Shown one piece after another: positions 49,439 through 61,041 of a stretch of DNA of 64,000 bases (the stretch's first letter is position 1; each line of letters begins with the position of its first letter). Location: assembly GCA_030704615.1 (NCBI GenBank), contig CM060734.1, positions 53,754,001 through 53,818,000 on the forward strand. Reading direction: 5' to 3'. This stretch comes from Takakia lepidozioides. Taxonomy: Eukaryota > Plantae > Bryophyta. The notes beneath the pieces are model-generated. The model searched no databases. It had not been told where the DNA came from and saw only the letters and a program-made list of their open reading frames with translations. The position numbers and the translations under genes were made by a program.

Positions 49439-51020
49439 GAAAGATATCATAGTGCACTCCTGATTGTGGTGTGGATATTGGAGCTCCTTGGAAGCTCACA
49501 AGCCAACACGGCGCTCCCCCAACTACGGCGTCCCTGCCAATTAACACGGTGCTCCCCCCAACTACGGACTAGGTAGCATTCATGCTGAGACAGGCTACAG
49601 GATGTAGTCTGTCGAAACATGAACGCTACCTGACGTTATTGAATTTGACGACGATGTGAGCCGGTTACTATGTCGGTCATGAAATGCCAGCTTCACTCTG
49701 TCACGCTCAATCATCCACGAAGGCATACATAAGGTCATAGTCATCCACATTAGACTATATGATAAGCATCCATGAAGCCAGGTAAAATGTCATAGTCATC
49801 CTCAATGTATTCGTTCCCTTCACAAATAGGTAATGGACTACGGCAGGTGACACGGCTGCTGAGAACTAATGAAAATGGAACACGTCGGCAAACAACGTCC
49901 TAAACTCAATTACGGCGTCCGTGCCAAACACGGTGTTCCCCAACTACGGCGTCCTTGCCAATTAACACGGTGCTTCCCAACTACGGCGTCCCTGCTAATT
50001 AACAGGATGCTCCCCCAACTACGGTGTCCGTGCCAAACACGGTGCTCCCCCAACATGACGTCCATGCCAAACACAGTGCTCCCCAACTACGGCGTCCCTG
50101 CCAATTAACACGGTGCTCCCCAACTACGACGTCCCTGCCAATTAACACGGTGCTCCCCAACTACGGCGTCCCTGCTAATTGACACGATACTCCCCCAACT
50201 ACGGTGTCCGTGCCAAACACAGTGCTCCCCCAACACGACGTCCATGCCAATTAACACGGTGCTCCCCAACTACGGCGTCCCTGCTAATTAACACGATGCT
50301 CCCCAACTACGGCGTCCCTGCCAATTAACATGGTACTCCCCAACTACAGCGTCCCTGCTAATTAACACGATGCTCCCCCAACTATGGTGTCCATTCCAAA
50401 CACGGTGCTCCCCCACTACGCCGTCCCTGCCAATTAACACGGTGCTCCCCAACTACGGCGTCCCTGCTAATTAACACGGTGCTCCCCCAACTACTGTGTC
50501 TGTGCCAAACACGGTGCTCCCCAACTACAGCGTCCTTTCCAATTAATACAGTGCTCCCCCAACATGACGTCCATGCCAAACACGGTGCTCCCCTTGCCAA
50601 TTAACGGTGCCCCCCCTTCCCCCAACTACGGCGTCCCTGCCAAACACGTTGCTCCCTCAACACGACGTCCCTGCCAATTAACATGGTGCTCCCAGCTCGA
50701 TTCGACGTCCCTGCCAAATACGGTGCTCCCTCGACACCACACTGTGGAAAGATATCACAGTGCATTCCTGATTGTGGTGTGGATGATTGGAGCTCCTTGG
50801 AAGCTCGCAAGCTAACATGGCATTCTCCCAACTACGGCGTCCCTGCCAAACACGGTGCTCCCCCGACACCACGTCCCAGCACACCGTGGAAAGACATATA
50901 TCATAGTGCAGTCCTGATTGTGGTATGGATGTTGGAGCTCCTTGGAAGCTTGCAAGCCAATCACACGAATAGCGCCACACAACGTCCCCATCAACACGAT
51001 GTCCCAGAGCACACGACGTC
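49439..51020. repeat. GC-rich minisatellite (33-38-bp units, cacggtgctccccaactacggcgtccctgccaa[tta]a; ~25 copies, main block 49905-50735) with a ~75-bp companion repeat at 49439, 50747 and 50890
   Basis: Direct reading of the sequence. Confidence 0.92.
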
Positions 51021-51092
51021 TCAGGCAACTTCGACTTGTCCATTGTAAATCTTCACAATGGACAGCCAAGTTCTATCTATTGATGTAAGTGC

Positions 51093-53265
51093 ACATCAAT
51101 CTGAGGTCGAATTTCTGGGCTACATTATTTCCGACAAATGCGTCTTTATGGATCAGAAGAAATACAAACCATCATCAAGTGGATTAAACCTACTTCGGTC
51201 CGAGATGTACAATGTTTTCTGGGATTTGCAAATTTCTATAGAATCTTCATCAATGACTACTCCAAAATTGTTGCACCAGTGACACGACTCACATGGAAGG
51301 ACAAATTTGTATGGGACGACATGCAGACCCATCTAAACCATTCTTCTTGGAAGCAGATGCATCGGACTTTGCACTTGGCGCTATACTCTCTCAATACGGT
51401 ACGAATGACCAACTTCACCCTGTTGGTTTTCGTTCTCGCAAATTTTCTGCTGTAGAGATCAATTATAAAATCCATGATAAAGAACTTCTAGCGATCATCG
51501 ATGCTTTTGAGGAGTGGCGTCATTTACTGGAGGGAGCTAAACATCAGGTCACTATCTACACCGATCACAAAAACCTCGAATATTTTGTGAGTGCTCGTGT
51601 TTTGAATCGATGTCAAGCCAGATGGGATATGTGACTAGCAAGGTTTAATTTTGTTATTGCCTATCGCCCCGGACATCCTCAAGGGAAACCCGATGTTCTT
51701 TCTCGACGATCATTTCTTGCGCCGAAAAAGGAGGAGACAGCTTTCGACCAATAGAAATCCATCATCTTGAAACCAACAAATCTCCAATTGAATATGCTAT
51801 CTATGTCCACCTATGACGATGCAGAGATCATAAAGGAGATTTAGGAAGCACTGAAGAGCGACCAATTTGCTACGACACTACGAAGTCAACTAAATTGACC
51901 TCGAGACAACCCACATGTTACAAACGACTTCAAATTCAAAAATGACTTACTTTATTTCAAGGGACTTCTCTATGTACCTCCAGGACCTACACGATTTCGA
52001 ATTCTTCAAACATATCATGATCTTCCGGTTGCATGACATTTCGGCTTCAACAAAACAATGGAATTGATATCCAGAGACTATTGGTGGCCGCAGATGTGGA
52101 AACTCGTAAAAGAATTTATAAAATCTTGCGACACGTGTGCTAGAGCGAAGGGACCACGACATTGACCTTACGGCCTTCTTCAACCATTACCATTCCCAAG
52201 GGTCCATGGTCGTCCGTGTCTATGGACTTTATTACGGACATTCCAATTTCCAAGACCACCGATTCAATCCTTGTTATTGTAGATCGTTTTACAAAGATGA
52301 CACATTTCATTCCATGTAATAAAACGGTTATCGACGAGGAAACTGGAGGACTCTTCCTCAATAATATCTACCGCATTCATGGACTCACAAAGGACATCGT
52401 ATCTGATCGAGGACCATAGTTCATATCAAATTTCTAGAGGGGATTATTTCACATATTAGATACTAAGATCAATCTCTCTACAGCTAATCATCCACAAACT
52501 GATGGTCAACCCGAACGTGTAAACCAGATTTTGGAACAGTATCTTCGGTGTACGATAAATTATCACCAAGATAATTGGACGGACCTTCTGTCATTGGCTG
52601 AGTTTGCCTACAACAACACTATACATTCTTCGATTAAACAAACTTCATTTTTCTCCAATTATGGTCATCATCCTCGAGCAAACCATTTCCACATGAAGAC
52701 TGTTGGAAGCCCTGCTGTAGAAAACCTTGCTACTCATCTTGTTACAATTCACAAGAAGCTTACATTCCACCTCGCAGAAGCTAAAAAACAATACAAGGAG
52801 TATGCAGATCAACATCGTCAATTCCAACCTCAGTTCAAGGTCGGAGATTGTATGTGGCTTCAAACCTCGCGTTCATCAAAGAAGTTGGATTATCAACGTC
52901 TGGGACCATTCAAAATTATTCGACAAATAAATCCGGTCAGTTTTCGGCTTGAACTCCCACGAAGTATGCGCATCCATCCAGTCTTTTATGTTTCATTATT
53001 GGAGTTGTATCATCCATCGAATATTCCAAGGAGAGTCTCCGTACCACCTCCACCAATCGAAGTCAATCAGGAAATTGAGAATGAAGTCGACAAAGTCCTA
53101 AACTCTCGCATCAAGTATAAACGTCTTGAGTATTTCGTACATTAGAAAGGCTACGACATCAGCGAACGAACGTGGGAACCTTCATCCAACCTCGTCAATG
53201 CATCTAACAAAGTCCAAGAGTTTCATCAACGATATCCAGCTAAGCCCCGAGTTACACGTCAATAA
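51093..53265 (+). mobile_element. Ty3/gypsy chromovirus (Tcn1-like), 3' pol part: RT end, RNase H, integrase, chromodomain; degraded
   Basis: [106 protein letters not shown]. Confidence 0.93.
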
Positions 53266-53830
53266 GCCGTCACAACGATGATGTCAATCAAGTTAGCTTC
53301 AAGGTGAAGACTCCACATTCAATGTACCTGATACACGCTAAGGAGAGAGGAGCACCACACATCAGTATATATAGCTACACTTCCAGCACTCTTGCATCTC
53401 GTATTTGCAGCATGAAGTTACATGAACCAAATACATTGGAGTTGTCGCTTACCCAACATCACGCTGACGCTCTCGAGACGATGGGTCACAAATGCGACGC
53501 GTACTTCCTTGTCTGGCCCCCGTACGACGACAAGTGGAGCGTACTTGAAGTCTGATAATTCTATTGGAGGTTGTGGGTTCGGACCCAGAGAGCAACGAAA
53601 TCATGTTTGAAGGCATCTTCAAAAATCAGAATGCTCAAATCACTGCGTGGTCCCTAGTTTAAGGTGTTGGACACTATCGATGGTTGTAGGGACCTATAAA
53701 CCATTTGAGTCAAGAACGAAGAGCCGAATACTTGGCAAGTACCATTCGCCGGATTTTGGATTTTCTCCAACTCTAAGCAAGTCCAAGATTTTACCGCTCC
53801 TCGAGGAACTCGGCGTTAGAGGAGGGGTGA

Positions 53831-54497
53831 TATCACGGAGATAGTCCAGAGGAACTTACCAGAAGTAAATACCAGAAGTAAATACGAGAAGTTACCAAGT
53901 TACCATGTTACCGGAAGTTACCATGTTACCGGAAGTTACCATGACTTATCGTGATTTATCGTGATCTTCCATGATTTACCATTAGTTACCAAATTACCGG
54001 AGTTTATCAAATTACCAAGAGTAACTTGGGAAACTGCTCAGGAAGCTTCTTTTGGAGAAAACTTCTCCATCAAGATACCTCCTTTGTTTAATGAAGCTTT
54101 TCCATCAATAAACCTTTGTTTAATCTTGGAAATTTCTTTATTAAGAAACCTCTATAGGGGAAGCTTCTTAGGGAGTAGCCAATATATATAGGAGACTGGA
54201 CACTCTTCAGTCTCGCCAACATAAGTTCAATCTACTCTTGTTTCAGTTCCAGTACTCCAGTCCAGCTTCTAGTACTCTAGTCCAGTTTCCAAGTATCTGG
54301 TACCCAGGTCCAGTTTCCAGCCTTCCAGTATTCGAGTTGAGTTCCAGTATCTTGTACTCTTGTCCATTGTTATAAAGATCATCTTGATTCATGTTTACCC
54401 ACCATGCGTTCGGCCACGCCGACCTTGACTTTTTGTCTAGTCTTGTATCTCTAGTCTGATCTCTTGTTTATGTTCAGTCATGTTCTCGTCCTTGACA
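53831..54497 (+). mobile_element. 3' LTR of the chromovirus
   Basis: PPT agaggaggggtga immediately upstream. Termini T(A)TCACGG...TTGACA. Internal gttacc repeats and a TATA-like tatatata. Confidence 0.75.
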
Positions 54498-56438
54498 CCT
54501 ACTACAAAAGCGCGTCAGGCCAGTCCAGTTAGCCATCACCAACACCATCCTGTGGTTGTTCGCAACAAAGGCAACGCCGATAGTACATAATCATCCCGGT
54601 CTAGAAAGCATGACTGACGACGAACTGTGGAGATTGTAAGTTTGCCCCCGAATCCTGCTTGTTTTCTTTCGCGGGGAGGGGGAGAGAATGAGGGGTACTA
54701 GAGGATGAAGCAGCGGTCATCACGTGTATGCCGCACGTGCGGAACGACGATAGGTCACTCGTGTTCCCGTCGTTGTCGTGTCCATTGATGACATATGTCC
54801 CAAGTTCGTGTTTATTTCGTTTTACTAATTATGGATTGTGTTGGGGAGGAACAGCTTTTTCAAAATCGACCGGAAGTTTGAACGACCTGGAAGAAGAGTC
54901 AAGTTTCAGAATTTTATAATCACTGAGGGGGTTGCGGTCAGTGTGCTGTCGGGCTCGCCCCGACGCCAACCTACAGTCACAGCCAGAGTAGGACAACTAC
55001 TTGATTCGCCATGTTTGTTTTTTATTGCCTTTAGTGATCGGGCGTACCGGCTCGTGACGCAAATGCGGGTGAACTTGTTGGACGACCAGCATCGTCTTAT
55101 TATGTGCAAAGTCAAGGGCCATGTGCGGGAAGGCGATATCCCCACCCTCCTTGAACCCGAAAGCGAGGCTCATCGCTTTAGATGAGTTATTTATGTGACG
55201 TTTCCATGAATCGAAATCGGTTTTAGCTGAAGGTTAGAAACACGGCAACATGATCTGTTGGGGTCGATGTCTACAACAGAATGGTTTATGACCGTATATA
55301 CCCCCTGCAAATATGTGTGGTCGAGTGCCTCCAGGCGCCTCAACCTTGTTTTAGTGAAAGATCCCATTTAAGGCGTTGGATACCCGAGAGCTTCTCTTTT
55401 GTTCGGGAAATGTATTGAAATAAAAGCTTAATATTGTTTTTGAGGTAGTTTGATTGGGAGTGGACATGCATGTCGTCTCTTCAGTTGAGGGAAAAACCAT
55501 CTTGTAGATTGACGTGTTTTTAAACGGACGTTGGTCTTGTTTTTTCGCAGGTGAAAGGACACGAGAAAAAAGAGATGCCCAAACCGACTCCGCACACCCA
55601 TGTGCCATTGCCTAAACGAGTCGTGTCCATCGACCCGGGCCGAAAATACCTCTACACAGGAGTGGTGTACTCGCCCAAAGTAGAGGCCGCGCTGAACGAG
55701 CCGTGGGTGGACCAAGGGGACCGGTTCCAAGTGATCCGCTGCAACAAGGCACGGTTCTACACCATGTGTGGGTACCGGCGGCGGGCCAAGCTGACGAAGA
55801 GGTGGATGGCCAGGAACGAAGCCGTGACGCAGTTCAATTCGAGGGTCAACACCGTCTCCGCTAAGGTGGCGACTGTAGAGGGGTATAGCATGTACGCAGC
55901 GTCGGTGCTGACACATCTCCGAGCACTGAACGAGTTCTACATGGTGAACAAGAGGATGAGGGAGCTGAGGTGGGCGACATGGATAAAGACGGAACGGGCC
56001 TATGTGACGCTTGCAAGGGAGGTGACGGCGAACAACCCGACGACGGTGGTGGCCTTCGGGGACGCCTCTTTCGCGCACAACAGCCCCGGGACGGAGAGCA
56101 CACCAACCTCCAAGCTACAGAAGAAGATACGGGAGAAGGCAAACGAGATGGTGATGGTGGGCGAGTTTCGAACTAGCCAACTATGTTGCGGTTGTAGCGA
56201 AAGGATGGAGGCCATGCCCCAGTGCTGATTCCCGGGACAGACTGGGCGTCGCGGTTCATACGCGGTCCGACTGTGTCCCAACACAGCCTGCTATCGGACT
56301 ACATGGAACCGAGATGTCAACGCGACGGTCAACATCATGCACCGGTTCTTGGAAATGTGGGACTTCCGGCCTCGCCACCCGGCATTCTGCAGGGCGGAGA
56401 GGCCGGAGAGGGATGTTGCCAGCCGCACATCTCATTAA
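54498..56438 (+). pseudogene. Fanzor (eukaryotic TnpB-family RNA-guided endonuclease), 5'-truncated by the LTR; exons <=54498-54635, 54855-54987, 55551-56438; one in-frame TGA at 56226-56228
   Basis: Spliced: ...[14 protein letters not shown]...[16 protein letters not shown]...-RVVSIDPGRKYL (RuvC-I D)...VVAFGDASF...PT...VGEFRTSQLCCGC (RuvC-II E + Zn)...*...VRLCPNTAC..TWNRDVNATVNI (Zn + RuvC-III D). GT-AG introns join in frame. Confidence 0.88.
55035..55185 (+). pseudogene. RPS28: 40S ribosomal protein S28 fragment inside Fanzor intron 2
   Basis: [50 protein letters not shown]. The N-terminus is missing and there is a small frameshifting deletion. Confidence 0.85.
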
Positions 56439-56532
56439 GACTGCCATAGTAACAGGCAGTCCGCGCTGAGCGGGTGAGGGTGCAAACCCTCTCCGCGATT
56501 ATGCACAACGGTGGGTTTTTATACTCACATTG
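56439..56532 (+). ncRNA. Putative Fanzor omegaRNA scaffold / element right end
   Basis: Three stem-loops directly after the stop: GACTGCC/GGCAGTC (56439-56461), GCGG..GAGGGT-GCAA-ACCCTC..CCGC (56470-56496), GTGGGT/ACTCAC (56511-56528). GC content drops after this. Confidence 0.6.
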
Positions 56533-56561
56533 AATGTACGATGGAGGCCCTTGAAATGAAC

Positions 56562-56655
56562 GTTGTTTACAGTGGAAGGAAACTGGTGCATTTTGTTGAA
56601 AAATGTATCTTACCAAAAGAGTCATGTTGTTTCCAGTGGAAGGAAACTGGTGCAT
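56562..56655. repeat. 30-bp direct repeat x2 with a 34-bp spacer
   Basis: gttgttt(a/c)cagtggaaggaaactggtgcat at 56562-56591 and 56626-56655. Confidence 0.9.
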
Positions 56656-56906
56656 CTTTCAAAATCTCGAGGCTGAGCCCAAAGCCATGGCCCAGTTGGG
56701 ATCTAATTGCTAGGCAGACCACAAGCAGATGCTCATGTCAAGGGCTTCTAGAGGAAGTATGGAATCTCGAACAAGATTGTCAGTGTCACGGTAAGCCCCA
56801 CTACTGGAGTAGGCCCCTCACAAAGGTAGTGTCTGTTCCCTTTTGTTGTGCCCAAGCTGCACAGAGTCTATGGCCACAAGGCTACGGTAAAGAACATCTT
56901 ATGAGT
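56656..56906 (+). mobile_element. RTE-X-like LINE 3' fragment abutting the p44 pseudogene end
   Basis: ctcgaggctgagccc...ggccacaaggctacggtaaagaacatcttatgagta. Confidence 0.8.
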
Positions 56907-59238
56907 AAGGTTGAGATCTTGATGTAGAGATACTTTCACAACCAGGACAGTTATGGAGGCTCTCATGAATGTAAAGGTCACATTCAAAGCAGAAGTGCTG
57001 CCTGCAGCTTGGACACATGAGCCGCACCCTGCTTACCCTGCCCCCTGTCATACAAACAAAACAGCAGATTGATGAGCATCCTGTGCAGAAAAAAATGATA
57101 AATGCCAGAGAGAGACAACTTGTGAAAGAGGTACCTGTGAAAGGGAGTTCCTGCTGGCAGCCATAACAGAGAAGGGCTATGCTTTGCTTCCCATTTGCCT
57201 CCGCCAAATTACCAAACTCCTCAAATGGGGGCACTGGAAAAAGATGGTGATAAGAGCGTGCCAAGTGGGGAGATGAAACCAATGTCAGCCCACATAGGTG
57301 ACACTCAGTGGGAAGGTCACATACACGAGCTTTGCAATGAGGGCAGGTGTAACCTCCCCTATCGTCACTTCTCTGTGCAAGCACAGAGTGCCACTGCATC
57401 TTCTGCACCCCTTTGTGGAAAGCCCATTCGTACTAGGCTCGCTATAGGTGTCTCTGCCAGTGCATGCTCCATTATCAGGTGGGGCATGCTCCATTATAAG
57501 GTCTTTCACGTGGGCCTGTATGAGAGCACATGTTGTGCTTAGTGTATGTGACCAAGAGAAGTGGGCGAAGTAAGAGCTATGAGCTCCCCAAGAAATCAAA
57601 GGCTCCAAGTAATGAATGTATCAACTGCACTGGACTCCATTGCACAGAATTCAACAATGAGAACTACAAGGGAACACTGAAGTAAGATTTGAGGAGGTAT
57701 TAGTTCCACCATACAATGGAGGTCAGATTCTACTTGGACAAGGGTCTGCAATACCAATGATGCACTCAAAACTTGCCAATGAAGTAAAAATGCTGATACT
57801 GTAGCCCACATTCTTTCTTACATGGTGATGAGAAAGAGAGGCTAGCACCCACAAACCTCGCTTGTTGCAACGGAATAAATCCCGCTCGTTCATTCACATA
57901 AAAGTTTACAAATGTAAACTTCAGCAGCCAGCCTACAACAGAACATCGGATATTAGCCTCCTTGCACTTCTGGATTGCCTCCATGAGGTCTCCAGGGTCA
58001 CAGGTGCCAAGTGCTGAAAAGATGAGCACCATCTCCCGGTGCCCATATGTGGGTATTTGAGACAAAAACCCTCTGGCCAAGTCAAGTGCATTCTGTATCG
58101 AAACATCCCCTGTGCGCGGGCCTCCTATTTTGACCTCGATATGTGTGTGAAAGGTACAAGTCACATCCACAGGAAGCCTGAACGGCCAATAGGAGCAGAG
58201 AGGAAGAGATCATAGAGCAGAGGAACTTTTGGAGACGGAAGAGAACTTACAGGACTTGTAAGTGGGTGGAGTTGACAGATGGCATTGGTCCATATAACTG
58301 GTTGTCAAAGAGAATCCTGTTCCATACAAAATAGGCACAAAATATAGGTCAAAAAGGAATAAAAATCAAATCTTCTGGAATTACAACAATCTTTCCTTCT
58401 TTTTTATTTTTGTGAGAAAATGGGGAAACGCCCCAGAATCAACATTGTCGCTCGAGACCATCGATTGCAATCAACTCGCGCTCAAAGGCCTCAACACAGT
58501 TGGCCACGATTCCCATGCGGCTGGGCCGAAAGTCCGTCTCCGCAGCCGCCTGGGCAGGCATCCCACGGTCCCCAGTTTAGAATGAGGCCTTCATCTTTGC
58601 ATACCAATTCTAGGGCTGGGGTTTAAGGACCCTCTTTTGTAGCTAAATGCTACTATCAAATGTACAGGAATCTTACTGGGAATGAAAGCATATCTAAGGT
58701 CACCGAGAATATTAGAAGAGAGGGGCCAACAAGCCCTTGCGGTGTCCTTTCACCGAACATAGGCTTGCGTACTCGAACCAAGGGGAATCCAAGCAGGGTA
58801 GGGGCTTTTCTCAACGCATAATGTGAGAGCGCCCATCCTCTGCCACCTACGACTCTCGCGGTCATAATGGTGCCTCGAGTAGATTGGATGCGGGGTAATC
58901 TGAACAACACACTCTCTTTTCTGGCTAAATACAAAGAAAAACTTGAAGTGAAGTTTGCGGGATCAACTCACTCGGGAGAGATCGACGAGAAGGTAGAGGT
59001 AACGGATAATGCCGCGCTGGATGTGAGGGCCAGCCATGGCTGCAACCTTCTTTCGATGCTGGCGCTGCTGCTGTACAACATCCACAGGTCGCAACAATCC
59101 AGACTCATCCTCTTGAAGAACCTCCCAAGACCGATCGTCCGCGTACGCTCGCTCCCAAGCCTCCATGTCCCGCCCGGCTTCCTCAGCGTCCACATCTCCA
59201 TCATCTTCCACACCGTATGCCACATTTTTCTCCCCCAT
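56899..59238 (-). pseudogene. GTF2H2: TFIIH p44/SSL1 subunit, intron-containing pseudogene
   Basis: AWERAYADDRSWEVLQEDESGLL...IQRGIIRYLYLLVDLSR; GDVSIQNALDLA..IPTYGHRE; GYTCPHCKARVCDLPTEC..CGLTLVSSPHLARSYHHLFP; FCFECDLYIHESLHNCPGC. Frameshifts at ~57930, ~57470 and ~57360-57385; the central vWA exons are not seen. Confidence 0.85.
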
Positions 59239-61041
59239 ATCACAAGGAGCTTTTCAGACTTCCCTACTATGGCACACAGGGGGAGCCCTAAAAAAGGGGA
59301 AACTACAATTCCCTTGAACAATCCCCCGTTGGCTGTTTTCCAACTAAGGGGAAATTCCCTTAGGTATTAGGAACTCGCACTGGCACAGACTGACATGGCA
59401 CCCGATCGACCCACCGCAATGCTGATCTACAATGCAAGTGCCAACACAGCAGTCAACAATCGCAGCCAACTCCTGCATGACTTTATCTTCTAAACAATCC
59501 GTGCACAATTCCACAGCTCACACAACGCAAGGACTTAGCTCCATAAACTGGAGATGGGCCGTCATGTGGCCAGCAGTATAGAATTGCTTGCAATAGGTCG
59601 TGTGAGTCGTGAGCTGTTATGTGTGTCTGTATGATCCTCATGCTCGTTTATTTCGATCTCTCTCTTTTTGGCAATGTATGACACATGCGCGTGTTGAATG
59701 ATGACTTCGGTAGCCGTATACCTGCCTTTTCCTTGGGACAGGATATACTGAATTACCGCATATATTTCGGCCATGGATGCTTCGGCTGGTGCACTCTCCT
59801 CATGTCCCTCCTAGCAGAAGATACGCTTTTTGTAGTGTTGTGGGTGTGCCCAAATGCTGCTATAGGAGAATGCTGTGTACTGTTGCTGTCTGCATGCATC
59901 ACACCCTAATACCTCACCACCACTTAGTTCAAAATCCCTCCTCAAATCTCAGTGCAGTAGTTTGCAAAATGGTCTATATGTAGGTACGTCGTTGTCTTCT
60001 CGAGACTGAATTATGAAAGGCTCCGTCTGGCAAACATTTTGGCAAGTGCTTTGACTGGTGGTGATCTTGGGAATATTAATTTCAAGCCACACATGCTCTG
60101 CAGGACAGGAGCAAGAACCTCAAGGATCTGCACAGGGACCTGTCCATAGCACTGCAACCATAAGTTCACTTGTTGGAATACTTGTGGTTGTAGTGTCCAG
60201 GTCTTCCACTTGGAAGGGAAATCCAACTTAGAAGCCCTTATAAGCTTGGACAGGTTAAGGTTTGGAAATAAGATAACACACCTCACAATGATATATAGTG
60301 ACTATGCACCATACCACCAACCTAACAGATTGGAAAAATCTCATAGGATAGTTAGATCAGAGGCAACCCCCTCTTATGGTTATTCTTTCCTGAAGTCCTC
60401 TCATAGGTAGTGGCAACATAACACTGGTTGTTCACTGCAAGTACGCAGCCTTCTCATATCTTCAAAACAACTCCATATCTAGCTCTAGGATTTCAGAAAA
60501 GAGCTCCAAAGGTTCATAGAAAAAGAGTGGCCCTCGCTTGCACCCGTCCCAAAAATAATTGTTTTCCTGAGGATGTGCGAAGTGACTGGCAAATGCTATA
60601 GCTATCCAAAATGAACCAATAAGTAGCTTGTCCGAGGGAATACGACCAACCTACTTGGTTACCATTATGTAAGGGAGTCAAAAGTGTAGACCTCTTGAGC
60701 CAAAAATCACCTAAGTGTCTGTGCAGGAAGGGGCTGTCAAATTTTCAACACAGCTGAAGCCAACATCACTGGTTCCTTGGGAAGATAGCACATAGAAGAC
60801 ACCTTAAAATCTCGTCTTCCTAGACGATGTGACAGTAGCCATTGTTATGCTATTTCTCCCTAGTTCATGTAGTGCAAAGGCAGCAGCTCACTTGCAAGCA
60901 TTGAACATTTAGGGTAAACCATTTGCATCCTCTTCTATACATGGCATGATGAAAAGCTTCTCATCATAGCCTTCGAGAAATTTTGGAAACATTGGCTCGA
61001 AACTACAAAAACCTAAACTGCTTCGAGGAACAAAGCCTAGG

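Noticed and set aside
49905-50735. Minisatellite as a CRISPR array
   Set aside because: Units are contiguous variants of one sequence with no unique spacers, and there are no cas genes.
54838-55185. 115-aa ORF as an N-terminally extended RPS28
   Set aside because: Its first part is Fanzor exon 2, the middle is intron, and only the last ~43 codons are RPS28-derived.
55428-56078. 216-aa minus-strand ORF
   Set aside because: Antisense shadow of the GC-rich Fanzor exon, with no recognisable motif.
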